Shown here one piece after another: positions 37,958-57,560 of a DNA stretch of 64,000 nucleotides (position 1 is the first letter of the stretch; the number at the start of each line of letters is the position of its first letter). The stretch is from Macrostomum lignano (lineage: Eukaryota), in the NCBI GenBank assembly GCA_002269645.1, contig NIVC01003167.1, positions 1-64,000 of the forward strand, given 5' to 3'. The notes under the pieces were generated by a model. The model made no database searches. It was not told the origin of the DNA and was given only the letters and a program-made list of their open reading frames with translations. Both the position numbers and the translations under genes were made by a program.

Positions 37958-40900
37958 GCGGCCATTATCATCATAAACCCTATAAAGTACCAATATCTCA
38001 CCTTCTGGCCGACTACCAAATTCCAAACTAAGCGTCTACCAACAATTTAGTGGTCCAGCGCGGCTCTTTGGCCCCAGCGGCCCGGGCTCGATTCCAAATG
38101 CAGTCACATAAATTTGAGGCTAAATTGAAATCTCGGCTTGGCTCTGCTCGTGCAATTAACGGGCCAACCCCCAAGGCACAGTGAAGTGTACATGCCTAGC
38201 GATAAAATTAGGGCCGCTGTACACTCCTGTGTGCCTGTGCGCAAGACTGTACACAGCCCCTCTATGCCTCTATCACGAATTTCTTACAGAGCTGTTCAAA
38301 CATCAAACAGAAAATCGTTTAGAAAACACACAACTGTATTTTTGCATCATGCCCCTCTCTACTTTACTGTTTCGAAAATTTTTCTTTACAAACTTGAGAC
38401 TGCACCTCGCTCGAAGCACATGCTTCATTTGGAATTCGAAATCAAAATTCCGAGAACTAACTAATCTGCACTCCATGGATTAATCTGAACTCGATGGAAT
38501 AATCTGTAATCCATGGAATAATCTGTAAACCATGGAATAATCTGAACTCCATGGAATAATCTGCACTCCATGGAATAATCTGCACTCCATGGAATATTCT
38601 GCACTCCATGGAATAATCTGCACTCCATGGAATATTCTGCACTCCATGGAATAATCTGCAATCCATGGAATAATCTGCACTCCATGGAATAATCTGCACT
38701 CCATGGAATAATCTGCACTCCATGGAATATTCTGCACTCCATGGAATAATCTAAACTCCATGGAATAATCTGCACTCCATGGAATAATCTGCACTACATG
38801 GAATAATCTGCACTTCATGGATTAATCTGCACTCCATGGATTAATCTGCACTCCATTGATTAATCTGCACTCCATGGATTAATCTGAACTCCATGGAATA
38901 ATCTAAACTCCATGGAATAATCTGCACTCCATGGAATAATCTGCACTTCATGGATTAATCTGCACTCCATGGATTAATCTGCACTCCATGGATTAATCTG
39001 CACTCCATGGATTAATCTGAACTCCATGGAATAATCTGAACTCCATGGATTAATCTGAACTCCATGGATTAATCTGAACTCCATGGAATAATCTGTAATC
39101 CATGGAATAATCTGCACTCCATGGATTAATCTGAACTCCATGGATTAATCTGAACTCCATGGAATAATCTGTAATCCATGGAATAATCTGCACTCCATGG
39201 ATTAATCTGCACTCCATGGTTTAATCTGAACTCCATGGAATAATCTGCATCCATTGGTTTAATCTGAACTCCATGGAATAATCTGCATCCATTGGTTTAA
39301 TCTGCACTCCATGGATTAATCTAAACTCCATGGAATAATCTGCACTCCATGGAATAATCTGCACTCCATGGAATAATCTGCACTTCATGGATTAATCTGC
39401 ACTCCATGGATTAATCTGCACTCCATGGATTTATCTGAACTCCATGGAATAATCTGTAATCCATGGAATAATCTTTACTCCATTGGTTTAATCTGAACTC
39501 CATGGAATAATCTGTAATCCATGGAATAATCTTCACTCCATTGGTTTAATCTGCACTCCATGGAATAATCTGCACTCCAAATTCACCATCAGTTCCAGCT
39601 GACTTGGACGTCCGAATGAAAGCAGCAATGGTTGGCGCGGTGTTTCTCATTGTAAGTTTCATGTCGATATTTACTGTAACTCTTATTGCATCAAGGGTGA
39701 TGAAATAAAAAAGTGCAAAGTCTGCGATGCCGGGTCCGTGTGGCGAGAACTCATGTATGGCAACAAAGCAGATGGATCAGGGCTGAGCAAACTAGAAAAG
39801 CAGCCAATGTTGACTTAGTGCGGTGAGAACTGAAACTCAATCCGGTGGGCTATCATGTTCCTTTTGTCCTTGTCTTGGAGTTGCCTTAGCACGTTTCGGT
39901 CAGGCAAATAGAAGCTTGAAGAGCTTTGCTCTGCTTTCTGTTGCTTGCTTGAGATGAATTTTTCAGACTGCGTTATTGCATTACTTCTGGAAAACTAAAC
40001 TCTTTCTATGAATTGTTTTGCACTCTGTTTAACAAATTATAGTCCGTGTCTAACACATTAGTGCGTGTCTAACACATTATAAACCGTGTCTAACAGATTT
40101 TAAACCGCTAAAACATTATACTCTGTGTCTAACACATTCGTCCATGTCTAACACATTATAGTCCGTGTCTAACAGATTATAGTCCGTGTCTAACACATTA
40201 TAGTCCGTGTCTAGCACATTATAGCCGTGTTTAACAGATTTTAGTCCGTGTCTGACAGATTATAGCCCGTGTCTAACACATTATAGTCCGTTTGTGACAG
40301 ATTATAGTCCGTGTCTGACAGATTATAGTCCGTTTGTGACAGATTATAGTCCGTGTCTGACAGATTATAGTCCGTTTGTGACAGATTATAGTCCGTGTCT
40401 GACAGATTATAGTCCGTGTATAACAGATTATAGTCCGTGTCTAACACATTATAGTCCGTGTCTAGCACATTATAGCCGTGTTTAACAGATTTTAGTCCGT
40501 GTCTGACAGATTATAGTCCGTGTCTAACACATTATAGTCCGTGTCTAGCACATTATAGCCGTGTTTAACAGATTTTAGTCCATGTCTAACACATTATAGT
40601 CCGTGTCTAACAGATTATAGTCCGTGTCTAACAGATTATAGTCCGTGTCTAACAGATTATAGTCCGTGTCTAACACATTATAGTCCGTGTCTAACAGATT
40701 GTAAACCGCTAAAACATTATTCTCTGTGTCTAACACATTCGTCCATGTCTAACACATTATAGCCGTGTTTAACAGATTTTAGTCCGTGTCTAACAGATTA
40801 AAGTCCGTGTCTGACAGATTATAGTCCGTGTCTAATAGATTTTAGTCCGTGTCTAACACATTATAGTCCGTGTCTAATAGATTAAAGTCCATGTCTAACA

Positions 40901-42464
40901 CATTATAGTCCGTGTCTAACACATTATAGTCCGTGTCAAATAGATTATAGTCCATGTCTAACACATTATAGTCCGTGTCTAACAGATTATAGTCCGTGTC
41001 TAACAGATTATAGTCCGTGTCTAACAGATTATAGTCCGTGTCTAACACATTATAGTCCGTGTCTAACAGATTGTAAACCGCTAAAACATTATTCTCTGTG
41101 TCTAACACATTCGTCCATGTCTAACACATTATAGCCGTGTTTAACAGATTTTAGTCCGTGTCTAACAGATTAAAGTCCGTGTCTGACAGATTATAGTCCG
41201 TGTCTGACAGATTATAGTCCGTGTCTGACAGATTATAGTCCGTGTCTAACAGATTATAGTCCGTGTCTAACACATTATAGTCCGTGTCTAACACATTATA
41301 TTCCGTGTCTAACAGATTATAGTCCGTGTCTGACAGATTTTAGTCCGTGTCTGACAGATTATAGTCCGTGTCTGACAGATTTTAGTCCGTGTCTGACAGA
41401 TTTTAGTCCGTGTCTGACAGATTTTAGTCCGTGTCTGACAGATTATAGTCCGTGTCTGACAGATTTTAGTCCGTGTCTGACAGATTTTAGTCCGTGTCTG
41501 ACAGATTATAGTCCGTGTCTGACAGATTTTAGTCCGTGTCTGACAGATTTTAGTCCGTGTCTGACAGATTTTAGTCCGTGTCTGACAGATTATAGTCCGT
41601 GTCTGACAGATTTTAGTCCGTGTCTGACAGATTTTAGTCCGTGTCTGACAGATTATAGTCCGTGTCTGACAGATTTTAGTCCGTGTCTGACAGATTTTAG
41701 TCCGTGTCTGACAGATTATAGTCCGTGTCTGACAGATTTTAGTCCGTGTCTGACAGATTTAGTCCGTGTCTAACAGATTTTAGTCCGTCTCTAACAGAGT
41801 TATTAGGTCTGTCGAACAGAGTCCAACAGTGTCAAAGCTGCATACAGCATCTCTGTTAAACAGTTCACGCATCTGCCTAACATTTTGTAGCATCAGCTGT
41901 GCAACAGACGGCATTCTTTCTGAGAATCGCACCCTCGTACCGTAAAAGTACAAAATTTTAGTTCCCGCGAATAGGGCCAGCAAGGACCGACTGCCGATTT
42001 CCACCAGAGTTTCCTCAATGATTTAAACTTTCACTGCAATTTCCAACTGACTTTTTCCGCTCTTTTTGCAGAAAAAAACCGGGGTGTGGTGGAAGAATTT
42101 CTACCTATAAATACCGTCAATCAGTTTACAGTTTACGATCGTGCGTTTTGCTACAACAGTTTGTGTCTGGGCTGCGAATCTCCCGTGTGCCTGCAGTCTG
42201 TGGCACTTTGTAGAAGCTGTTAGTCTGGGGCAAGGGGGAACGCATCGAGCTGCGCGTATTGGATTCTCGAGTTTTGTCGGTGATGAAATATTTATGCTCG
42301 AATGCATTAGGGAGACGGTTGGAATGCTAACAGTTTACTGCGTGGAGGGTATTATGTTAAGCAGGGAAAAATATCCTTTAAAACTATTAGCTAATTAGCG
42401 ATTTTGTTTTACCGAATTTCAGGATTTCATGTTCTTCGAAAATGATCAACAAAGTCAGCATTGA
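30821..42464 (+). CDS. PLSCR: Phospholipid scramblase, ~273 aa, 4 coding exons
   Basis: Exons 30821-31438, 33067-33169, 39593-39651, 42423-42464. Motifs GLELLTQVD, NRYRIKNS, RQCCGPQRSF, IGYISKQWGG, FTDADNYSVSFPADLDVRMKA, and terminal helix AVFLIDFMFFE. Confidence 0.95.
31545..32760 (+). mobile_element. SINE family B copy split by a LINE fragment (5' half ~31545-31756, 3' half 32620-~32760)
   Basis: Both halves align collinearly with 18949-19310. Confidence 0.88.
31757..32619 (+). mobile_element. Degenerate RTE-like non-LTR fragment inserted within a SINE
   Basis: RTHPGKRLCVIGYADDLALLSSTVEGAQRLLDGL, then a frameshifted GLTLNTQKTE and ETWTMTD. Its 3' motif CCACTCGTGGCTGG resembles CCACTTGTGGCCGG of the 12.5 kb copy. 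Candidate TSD TGCGTACG (31749 / 32620). Confidence 0.85.
33224..33340. repeat. (AAT)n/(CAT)n microsatellite; continues at 37918-37975 beyond LTR element 1
   Basis: Direct reading; split by the LTR insertion. Confidence 0.95.
33347..37912 (+). mobile_element. Full-length Ty3/Gypsy LTR retrotransposon (Mag-like), element 1, in PLSCR intron 2
   Basis: LTRs 33347-33543 and 37716-37912 (197 bp, TGTA...TACA, 1 mismatch); TSD CTCGT (33342-33346 / 37913-37917); PBS TGGCGTCGCAAGC at 33545; PPT GGGGAGAAG at 37707; single gag-pol ORF. Confidence 0.98.
33581..37591 (+). CDS. gag-pol: Gag-Pol polyprotein, 1336 aa (gag, 2 Zn knuckles, protease, RT, RNase H, integrase)
   Basis: First ATG after the PBS is at 33581. 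Protease LVDSGAS; RT ELDIVKAF and WAHDDI; RNase H DASPVGLG; integrase HAGH...CLPC, DFYGP, DNGP, ERVN. PR-RT-RH-IN order is diagnostic of Ty3/Gypsy. Confidence 0.97.
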   Translation: MAQFISLPPPEQFSTSADQQNAGKRWNKWSDHFCDFIEASGIKDETQKCKLLAYTAGREIAQIIKDLPDDKKDSLETLLAAIKEHFKERNNIVFARYQFRLCVQQTGEPVDSWYSRLNSAAETCEFSALKDSLIRDQIVATCCSDKLRRRLLQESNISLGDALRQARAFEAAEEQATAIENSSSIAAVHRAAPKQFRDSGTRPNSQRVPGGQANSGPTSCYRCGERGHSSCNAAKGKTCLACGKPNHLAKACRQRRPQTSSSINAVADKEAEEVFIDHDSLNEEAFTIQSQKTAPRRNSANTNLRIEGKDFIVLVDSGASCNVMSEENFRRLRNVRLRSAIHPIFSYGSTTPLQVLGVADLNVSTAASRQLASFYITKGCGTTLLGRETAFNMGILHIQHPTVEVNSVQPTENLAASGIQELFSKYRDVDQDLPTELRISSILGEFQSIFEGLGCVKGVEVDVRLRPEAVPVCHPPSRVPVHQRSAVIAELQALLDQGIIERVNGPSPWVSRMVVVPKEGGGIRICQDLRDVNSFAVPEKQPIPTFEEITDEMAGSTVFSELDIVKAFHQILVKPESRHVFTFSTPLGLMRLTRLSMGFTNASEILQRVMTGVLSGLDGVRWAHDDITVFASTMEEHNIRLKQCFKRLQDHGITLNPNKCRLAQPFIDFLGMRISARGVQPAAEKIKAVKDFKEPTNVSELRSFLGLATYLSRFVPNFSDLTQPMRELLKKGHKWCWSERQQEAFLQTRAAICKESVLAFFDVNLPTEVHVDASPVGLGAILSQVDEKGVRKPVAFASRSLTPVEQRYAQIECEALAVKFGCLRFEHYLSGCPDLTVITDHRPLVPLFQPGSRPPPKIERMALRVQHLKFKLIYQPGPQNPADVLSRQPEMQTKDNPGELLDRRFINAVAIGSTPKGLNFATIQEASKSDGTIQAALSALRTGQWDKQNRELRALSCLQQELSEHDGVLLRSSLIVIPSSLRRTVLQLAHAGHQCCRKTMDRLQTKVWWPAMRSDCQAFVQSCLPCQATSPKSLAPPPLSPSQLPDGAWLVLGMDFYGPVQGKMLLVTTDLFSKFPEVDIVSSTSAEAVLPHLRTLFSRYGIPLEIVSDNGPPFNSAEFTNFLSEFGIKHRRICPLHPEANGATERVNRCINKVIRAAIAEGRNWRTALDDWLLAHRVTPHSATGVAPAELLMGRALNDGLPSIQPSQPVQHDRAELAKRHEAYNNQMAAGFNRSRRAKAANVKPGSAVLRKRTRRTKTQTPFELEPWTVTDRRGDSYVLRQGDWTCTRHLTHIRPLTATEDPPPEADAGAASPERGIAERPHPRAAKDKPISYRV
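38050..38260 (+). mobile_element. SINE family B copy with an internal deletion
   Basis: Aligns with the SINE B head through hairpin 2, then jumps to the terminal ACACAGCCCC. Confidence 0.82.
38460..39580. repeat. 19-bp tandem repeat with a palindromic TCCATGGA core, PLSCR intron 2
   Basis: CCATGGAATAATCTGCACT. Confidence 0.97.
40035..41790. repeat. 21-bp tandem repeat, PLSCR intron 3
   Basis: ATTATAGTCCGTGTCTAACAG; the distal part is homogenised into a ~63-bp trimer. Confidence 0.97.
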
Positions 42465-43495
42465 ACTTTTGCGCGGACGATGGTTTGTAGTACAAAGAAG
42501 AAAACTTTTACAAGCTTATTTTTTTAAAGCTTAATTGCTGGTATCTGGTGAAGGTCCAGAAGATCCGGTCTGTGTGAAATTTAGTGTCCCAACCATGCAG
42601 CTTCTGGCATAATTTTTTTTATATCTCGACGGTGTTGGGTTTCTCCGGCAAAAAACTGCCACACGAGATTCTCGGTATAAAATGGGCAGAAAATGGCTTA
42701 ATTTCTATTTAACACTGGCAATTTCTAAATTATAGCTACTACTTACAAGTAGTTTTTCAGCCGTTTTTTATTTAGGATCTTGTGTAACATTTTTTAATTC
42801 AATCATAACGTAAATTCAAGTAGTAAAAAATTAAAAACGCGATTTCTTTTGAATTCAATCGAAAAACGTTTAATAATTTCAAAATTAACCAACTTTAAGG
42901 GTCTTTAACTAAAAAGAGTTTTTTGAATGTACTCTACATCATAGCAATAATTTATTTCAGCTATACTCGCTGTTATTTGTTTGTTACCATGCATGATTTA
43001 TTAACATTCCGCTTGTTATAAACCACCTAATTACACATTAATGCATCCGTATTTAAAAGTACATAAATTTAACCAGCTTTTTTATCTCATATTTTAATAG
43101 TAAAAATCGTTTTGTTAATGCGTTCTTAACACCAATGTATTTGACATCTGTTCGACCACTTGTGATGTCTACGTATTTATAATAATCATAAATATGTTTT
43201 GCTACTTTTTGAATACGTAAAAACATTTTCCTAGAAGTAATACTTTTTAACAGACAAATTTTACGCTTTTAATTTCACTACTGCTAGAGTTGCTTATATG
43301 TGTATAGTAGATACTTTTGCAGCATTAACTTAAACACTATTTGTTTAATTAATAATCAATTATACTAAAGAATGTCGATCTGAGCTCAAAATTTTCAGCT
43401 TTTCTGATTGAGTATTTAAAAATAACAAGCAACTTTTGTCTTGGTCAGTGCTTAAGTCCCAGAAACCCGTTAAGGTGGCAGATTATTTAGAAGAG

Positions 43496-51652
<8,157 letters not shown>

Positions 51653-51949
51653 ATTCGAATCTGTTTTGTTATAATTAGTGTGTGAGAGACATTCAAATGT
51701 ATACAGCAGTGAGTTTCTTGATAAGAAAACAGTGTTTATATACTGACATACTATCTGTTATTCCAACCGGTTTCCTATTCGTCACTACTAAGCTATTGCT
51801 TTGGTTCGCCCTTCTGCTTATCAACTATGAATAAGGGAAGCTTAATTTTGCAATCCTATTGCACTACTTTTAGTAAATTAAATAGATAATTACATTGGAA
51901 ATTGGATTTTTGTTCAGTTGAACCTGTTAATCACGAGCTCTCTGCATGC

Positions 51950-52480
51950 AGTCATCAGATCCCCAAGGACAACTTAAGTAGAAGGACGCAACACTCGAAA
52001 TCTTTGGTAAATGTTTTGAAGGCAACTTTTAAACGTTTTTTCAAGTGACAGACCAATTTAACATGAAAAATCGATTAATGCGTCGTTAGAGCAGCATGTG
52101 AGGCACAAAATAGTGTGATTAGGACTTTCTCTGACACTGTTAAGAGACCCAATCACTGTTTTAGTGTTGAAAATCGTGAAATTTCCTATCTTCGTAGTGT
52201 ATTTTTCCGATGAAACCTGCCTTTAACACTATTTCTGAACGAAAAGCTTTATGAATATCGATAGAACAATAAGAAAGGCACAACATATCAAATGATGAAC
52301 ACTGGATCTGTCTCCTATCGAAAGTAATAACAATTTTTGTGCTGAAAAAATTAAAACCTCTATCTCTGTAGTGTATTTTTCGGCGAAAGTTGCCTTCAAA
52401 ACATTTACCATAGATTTCGAGTGTTGCGTCCTATATATATGTTACTTGAGTAGTCCTTGCAGATCCCATGCCTGATGATG
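51950..52480. mobile_element. MITE-like element
   Basis: 46-bp inverted repeat 51984-52029 / 52386-52431 with 1 mismatch, extending outward degenerately; no ORF. Ends and TSD are not resolved. Confidence 0.65.
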
Positions 52481-52878
52481 TGGAATATTGAAAATTCATT
52501 AGAGATTAAGTATTCGGGTAAGAGGTTGAGTAGAGAGTTGATGGTGTATAAAAGAGTGTAGAGGATAGAGAGTTGAGAGTTGAGAGTTGAGAATAGAGAG
52601 TAGAGAGTAGAGAGAGTAGAGAGTAGAGAGTAGAGAATAGAGAGTAGAGAGTAGAGAGAGTAAAGAGTAGAGAGATAGAGAGTAGGGAGTAGAGATAAAG
52701 TAGAGTTGAAAAAATAGAAGTTATTAGCCATAAAGGCCATAAGATTTAAGATATTAGTAAAAAATCAAATTTAAAGAATTCTGCCCGACCTTTCGGCCAT
52801 AGACAGGTCAAGGCAGCGCCGCTTTGTATCTGCGCATAAAATGATTCATAATAACGCATCGTTAATTGCAATATAAAA

Positions 52879-55195
52879 ATGGCAGAATCTGGTCATTCTC
52901 AGAACGATCTTCACCTATTCAACACCACAGTGCACTGCGTGAATGGCAGTCCAGTTAACTGGCTGCCAGTGCCAAGTGAAGGTCAGCTGGTCTCAGCAAC
53001 TCCGGAGCAATCGGTGATTAAAAATTCATATCCTCTGCTGCCGCAGCAGCAACAGCAGCAGCCAGCTTCCTTGCTGCAACATCTAGTTAACGCTTCCAAG
53101 TTTTATGTTGCTCAGGTAACGTAATTAACTAATAATATACGTTGGTTATCATTGGCACCAAACATAAAGATATTCAGGATTAGCGCCAAGATGACCAACA
53201 CTTCCGTATCACCTTGACCCATCTGACCCACACTCCAGTATCACCTTGACCCATCTGACCCACACCCCAGTATCACCTTGACCCATCTGACCCACACTCC
53301 AGTATCACCTTGACCCATCTGACCCACACCCCAGTATCACCTTGACCCATCTGACCCACACTTCAGTATGATCTTGACCCATCTGACCCACACCCCAGTA
53401 TCACCTTGACCCATCTGACCCACACTTCAGTATGATCTTGACCCATCTGATCCACACCCCAGTATCACCTTGACCCATCTGACCCACACTTCAGTATGAT
53501 CTTGACCCATCTGACCCACACTTCAGTATCACCTTGACCCATCTGACCCACACTTCAGTATGATCTTGACCCATCTGATCCACACCCCAGTATCATAACT
53601 CTTGCTCCTCTAGACCCCCTGGCCAACCTAATGCCCTCGACCTGTTTGCTCATTTGACCCCCAACTTGACCCCCTTGGCTTGACCCTGTGCCTCTGCCGC
53701 AACCCAGGTGGACTCTTGGGGCCCATTGACCTGCTTCTGGCGACTGCAACGAGACTACTGCATCAAGACGTCCAACAGGGAGGCCACTCTCTATCACTTG
53801 ACCTCGGCTGACCCAAGTTCGAAAGCTTCGAACTGGCTTACTGGCTACTGTCAACTGCCTGACGGCCAACTGAGGCGAGCATTCCAGCTCCGGCGGGTGT
53901 ACACCTGCCCCATGTTCGCGGCGGACCTGCTGCCTCTGCCCGTGTGCACCGCGTGCGCCGAGATTCTGTGCAGCGACTACTCGCCGTCAACGGGGTTGGC
54001 GGCGGACGTTACGAAATCTTTAGGGCTGGTCCGGTCGGCCTGGGGTCCCGTCAAAGGCTTCTGGCTGAGCCGCCATGGCAGCAACAGGCGCTACCAGGTG
54101 GGGTCCGGCTGCTGCTGGGGTGCTGGCGTCTGCCGTGCTGCGCTCCGTCTCTGCATCTCCCTCTCTGCATCTTCCTCTCTGCATCTCCCTCTCTGCATCT
54201 CCCTCTCTGCATCTCCCTCTCTGCATCTCCCTCTCTGCATCTCCCTCTCTGCATCTCCCTCTCTGCATCTCCCTCTCTGCATCTCCCTCTGTGCATCTTC
54301 CTCTCTGCATCTCCCTCTCTGCATCTCCCTCTCTGCATCTCCCTCTCTGCATCTCCCTCTCTGCATCTTCCTCTCTGCATCTCCCTCTCTGCATCTCCCT
54401 CTCTGCATCTCCCTCTCTGCATCTCCCTCTCTGCATCTCCCTCTGTGCATCTCCCTCTCTGCATCTCCCTCTCTGCATCTCCCTCTCTGCATTTCCCTCT
54501 CTGCATCTCCCTCTCTGCATCTCCCTCTCTGCATCTCCCTCTCTGCATCTCCCTCTCTGCATCTCCCTCTCTGCATCTCCCTCTCTGCATCTCCCTCTCT
54601 GCATCTCCCTCTCTGCATCTCCCTCTCTGCATCTCCCTCTCTGCATCTCGCTGCGTCTCCCCTCCCCATCTCCCTCTTTCCACCCCCTCCCCATCTCCCT
54701 TCACGTCCCTCTCTTCATCTCCCTCTCCCCATGTCACACTCCCCATCTCCTTCTCCATTTCTCTCTCCCGATCTCCCTCTCCTCATGTCCCTCTCTGCAT
54801 CTCCCTCTCTGCGTCTCCCCTCCCAGTCTCCCTCTTCCCACCCCCACTCCATCTCTCTCCCCATCTCCCTCTCCCCATCTCCCTCTCCCCACCTCCCTCA
54901 AGCATCCCCATGCCTGCAGCTCCCAGCCCGCCCCACTCCGCAGATCAGCACGGAGCGGCTGATGAACTTCTGTTGGAACGGCGACACCTCAACGGAAGTC
55001 GAACCGCTGGAGGTGGCGCACCGCGGCTCCGTGCACTGCGTGGCTGCTGTGCGTTGGCACCGACACCTGCGCACCGTCTACTGCGACAACAGCGGCATGG
55101 ATGTCAGCTTTACTGAGGCGGCCGCCGAGCTGGCAGCCGAGGATCGACTACTGTTGCTATGCGGGCTTATCTACGCTTGGGAGCAGATTGGCTGA
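52879..55195 (+). CDS. Highly diverged phospholipid-scramblase-family protein, ~292 aa, 3 exons
   Basis: Exons 52879-53115, 53708-54097, 54944-55195, all phase 0 with GT-AG. By-eye collinearity with scramblases: LLQHLVNASKFYVAQ / DYCIKTS / FQLRRVYTC / LGLVRSAWG / MDVSF / RLLLLCGLIYAWE. Confidence 0.7.
53203..53600. repeat. 32-bp tandem repeat, scramblase-2 intron 1
   Basis: CAGTATCACCTTGACCCATCTGACCCACACTC. Confidence 0.96.
54145..54900. repeat. 14-bp tandem repeat plus pyrimidine tail, scramblase-2 intron 2
   Basis: CTGCATCTCCCTCT. Confidence 0.96.
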
Positions 55196-55289
55196 GACTG
55201 ATCGACTGAGAGCGGCAAGCCCGGAAATGAGCTGCTGAGCAATTTGCAGACCGAGAGTAGTGAATAAATTGACTGACTGTTGCATCGGT

Positions 55290-55475
55290 TTGATCATTGA
55301 TTGATTAACTGATTGATTCATTGAATAATTGATTGAATAATTGATTGATTGATTAATTGATTAATTGATTGGTTGATTGATTGATTGATTGATTGAATAA
55401 TTGATTGATTGACTGATTGATTGACTGATTGATTGATTGATTGATTGACTGATTGATTGATTGATTGATTTATTG

Positions 55476-55507
<32 letters not shown>

Positions 55508-55574
55508 CTGATTGATTGACTGATTGATTGACTGATTGATTGATTGACTGACTGATTGATTGATTGATTTATTG

Positions 55575-55610
<36 letters not shown>

Positions 55611-55961
55611 CTGATTGATTGATTGACTGACTGACTGATCAATTGATTTATTGATTGATTGACTGATTGATTGATTGACTGATTGATTGATTGACTGACT
55701 GACTGATCAATTGATTGATTTATTGTTGATTGATTGATTGATTGACTGATTGATTGATTGATTTATTTATTTATTTATTGTTGATTGATTGATTGATTTA
55801 TTGATTGATTGTTGATTGATTGATTGATTTATTGGATGATTGATTAGATGATTGATTGAATATTTGATTGATTGATTGATTGATTGATTGACTGACTAAT
55901 TGATTGATTGATTGATTTATTGTTGATTGATTGATTTATTTATTGGTTGATTGATTGAATA

Positions 55962-55999
<38 letters not shown>

Positions 56000-56032
56000 G
56001 ATTGATTGATTTATTGGTTGATTGATTGAATA

Positions 56033-56110
<78 letters not shown>

Positions 56111-56250
56111 GATTGGTTGAATAATTGATTGATTGATTGATGGATTGATTGATTCACTGACTGATTTATTTATTTATTTATTTATTGGTTCATTGATTGA
56201 TTGATTATTTATTTATTGGTTGGTTTGTTGATTGATTGATTGATTGATAA
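55290..56250. repeat. (ATTG)n microsatellite
   Basis: Direct reading. Confidence 0.98.
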
Positions 56251-57364
56251 TAAAATTAAATTGGTGCATAGCTTGTTTAATTAATTGATTGGTTTAAATA
56301 TTTTCACTCTCAATTAGTCACGTGATTTGTTGCCATCCTGCTCAGTCTAAATCTTTTACTGAGTCCATCAAAACAGATCTTCAACAACCAGGCAGTCTCA
56401 AATTTAGACTATGCTTATTTTTTTTAAAGCTCGAAATAACAAGCAAGTTTTCAAATGTATATTTTTCGAAAATAAATCAACATCGGAATTGTAAAAATTT
56501 TTGACTTTCTGACATACTGACGACGGAGCTTTAAACTTTCTGCACTTTTACAGAAACAGCCGTTCAACTGTGGGAAACTATGGTAATAAACCGCAATATA
56601 AGCATGCAATCACCTTTATGTCAATCAATCTTAGCAGGTATGCAGAGAAGAAATAATTAATTGAATTATAACAAACTGCACTGATGCAAAAGTTGTTTTT
56701 AAAATGGACTTGTTTTGATAAGAAGAAATACCAACTGGCTCTGGGATACTTTGATATTTTTTCATAAACTTTTTCATTTCATAGCATGTTGGACACTACA
56801 TGTACATGACAGTAGATTACAGTAAATAGCAGTAGAAAACAGTAACAGTAGAATACAGTAAATAACAATAGATTACAGTAAACAACAGTATATTACAGCA
56901 GGTAACAATGGATTACAGTAGATTACAGTAAATTGCAGTAGATTACAGAGGATTACAGTAGATGACAGCAAAGTACAATAGGTTGCAGTGGGTTACAGCC
57001 AGTCTGTTATGAAAATACCTCAACTGATAAATGTTTTGAAGGTTTAAATTTTTAAGCAGAAAATATAGATATGATTAAAGCAAGTTGAGAGCACTCAAAC
57101 ATGAGCACTACGCAAGCATCGGGGCTCATAAATAATTAATGAGCTGCTGGACTCAGAGAGGCAATCAATAACAGTGAAAAAAATTCTCGTTAATTGCTGT
57201 AATGAAGTGCTTTAGCCCAGTATGAGCGCATGATATGCAGAGCTTATATATAACATTAATTGTTCACATGATAACTAAATATATATTTAATTTTACAACT
57301 ATCAATTACGCAAAAGTTTGTTGGCTACCAGGCAAGAGTTTTGGCGCCATTAGAACAGGGGGCA

Positions 57365-57500
57365 ATAATAATAGGTGCTATAATTCCCTATCAGGTAACT
57401 GCAGGTAGCAATAACAGGTGCTATGATTCCCTATCTAACAGGTAGCAATAACAGGTGCTATGATTCCCTATCTAACAGGTAGCAATAACAGGTGCTATTC
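57365..57500. repeat. 37-bp tandem repeat, ~3.5 copies
   Basis: CAATAACAGGTGCTATGATTCCCTATCTAACAGGTAG. Confidence 0.9.
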
Positions 57501-57560
57501 CAATGATCAATTTGATTCCAGTGCCGGCAGTTCGAAACCGGCAGTTCGAAATTCGCCTGC

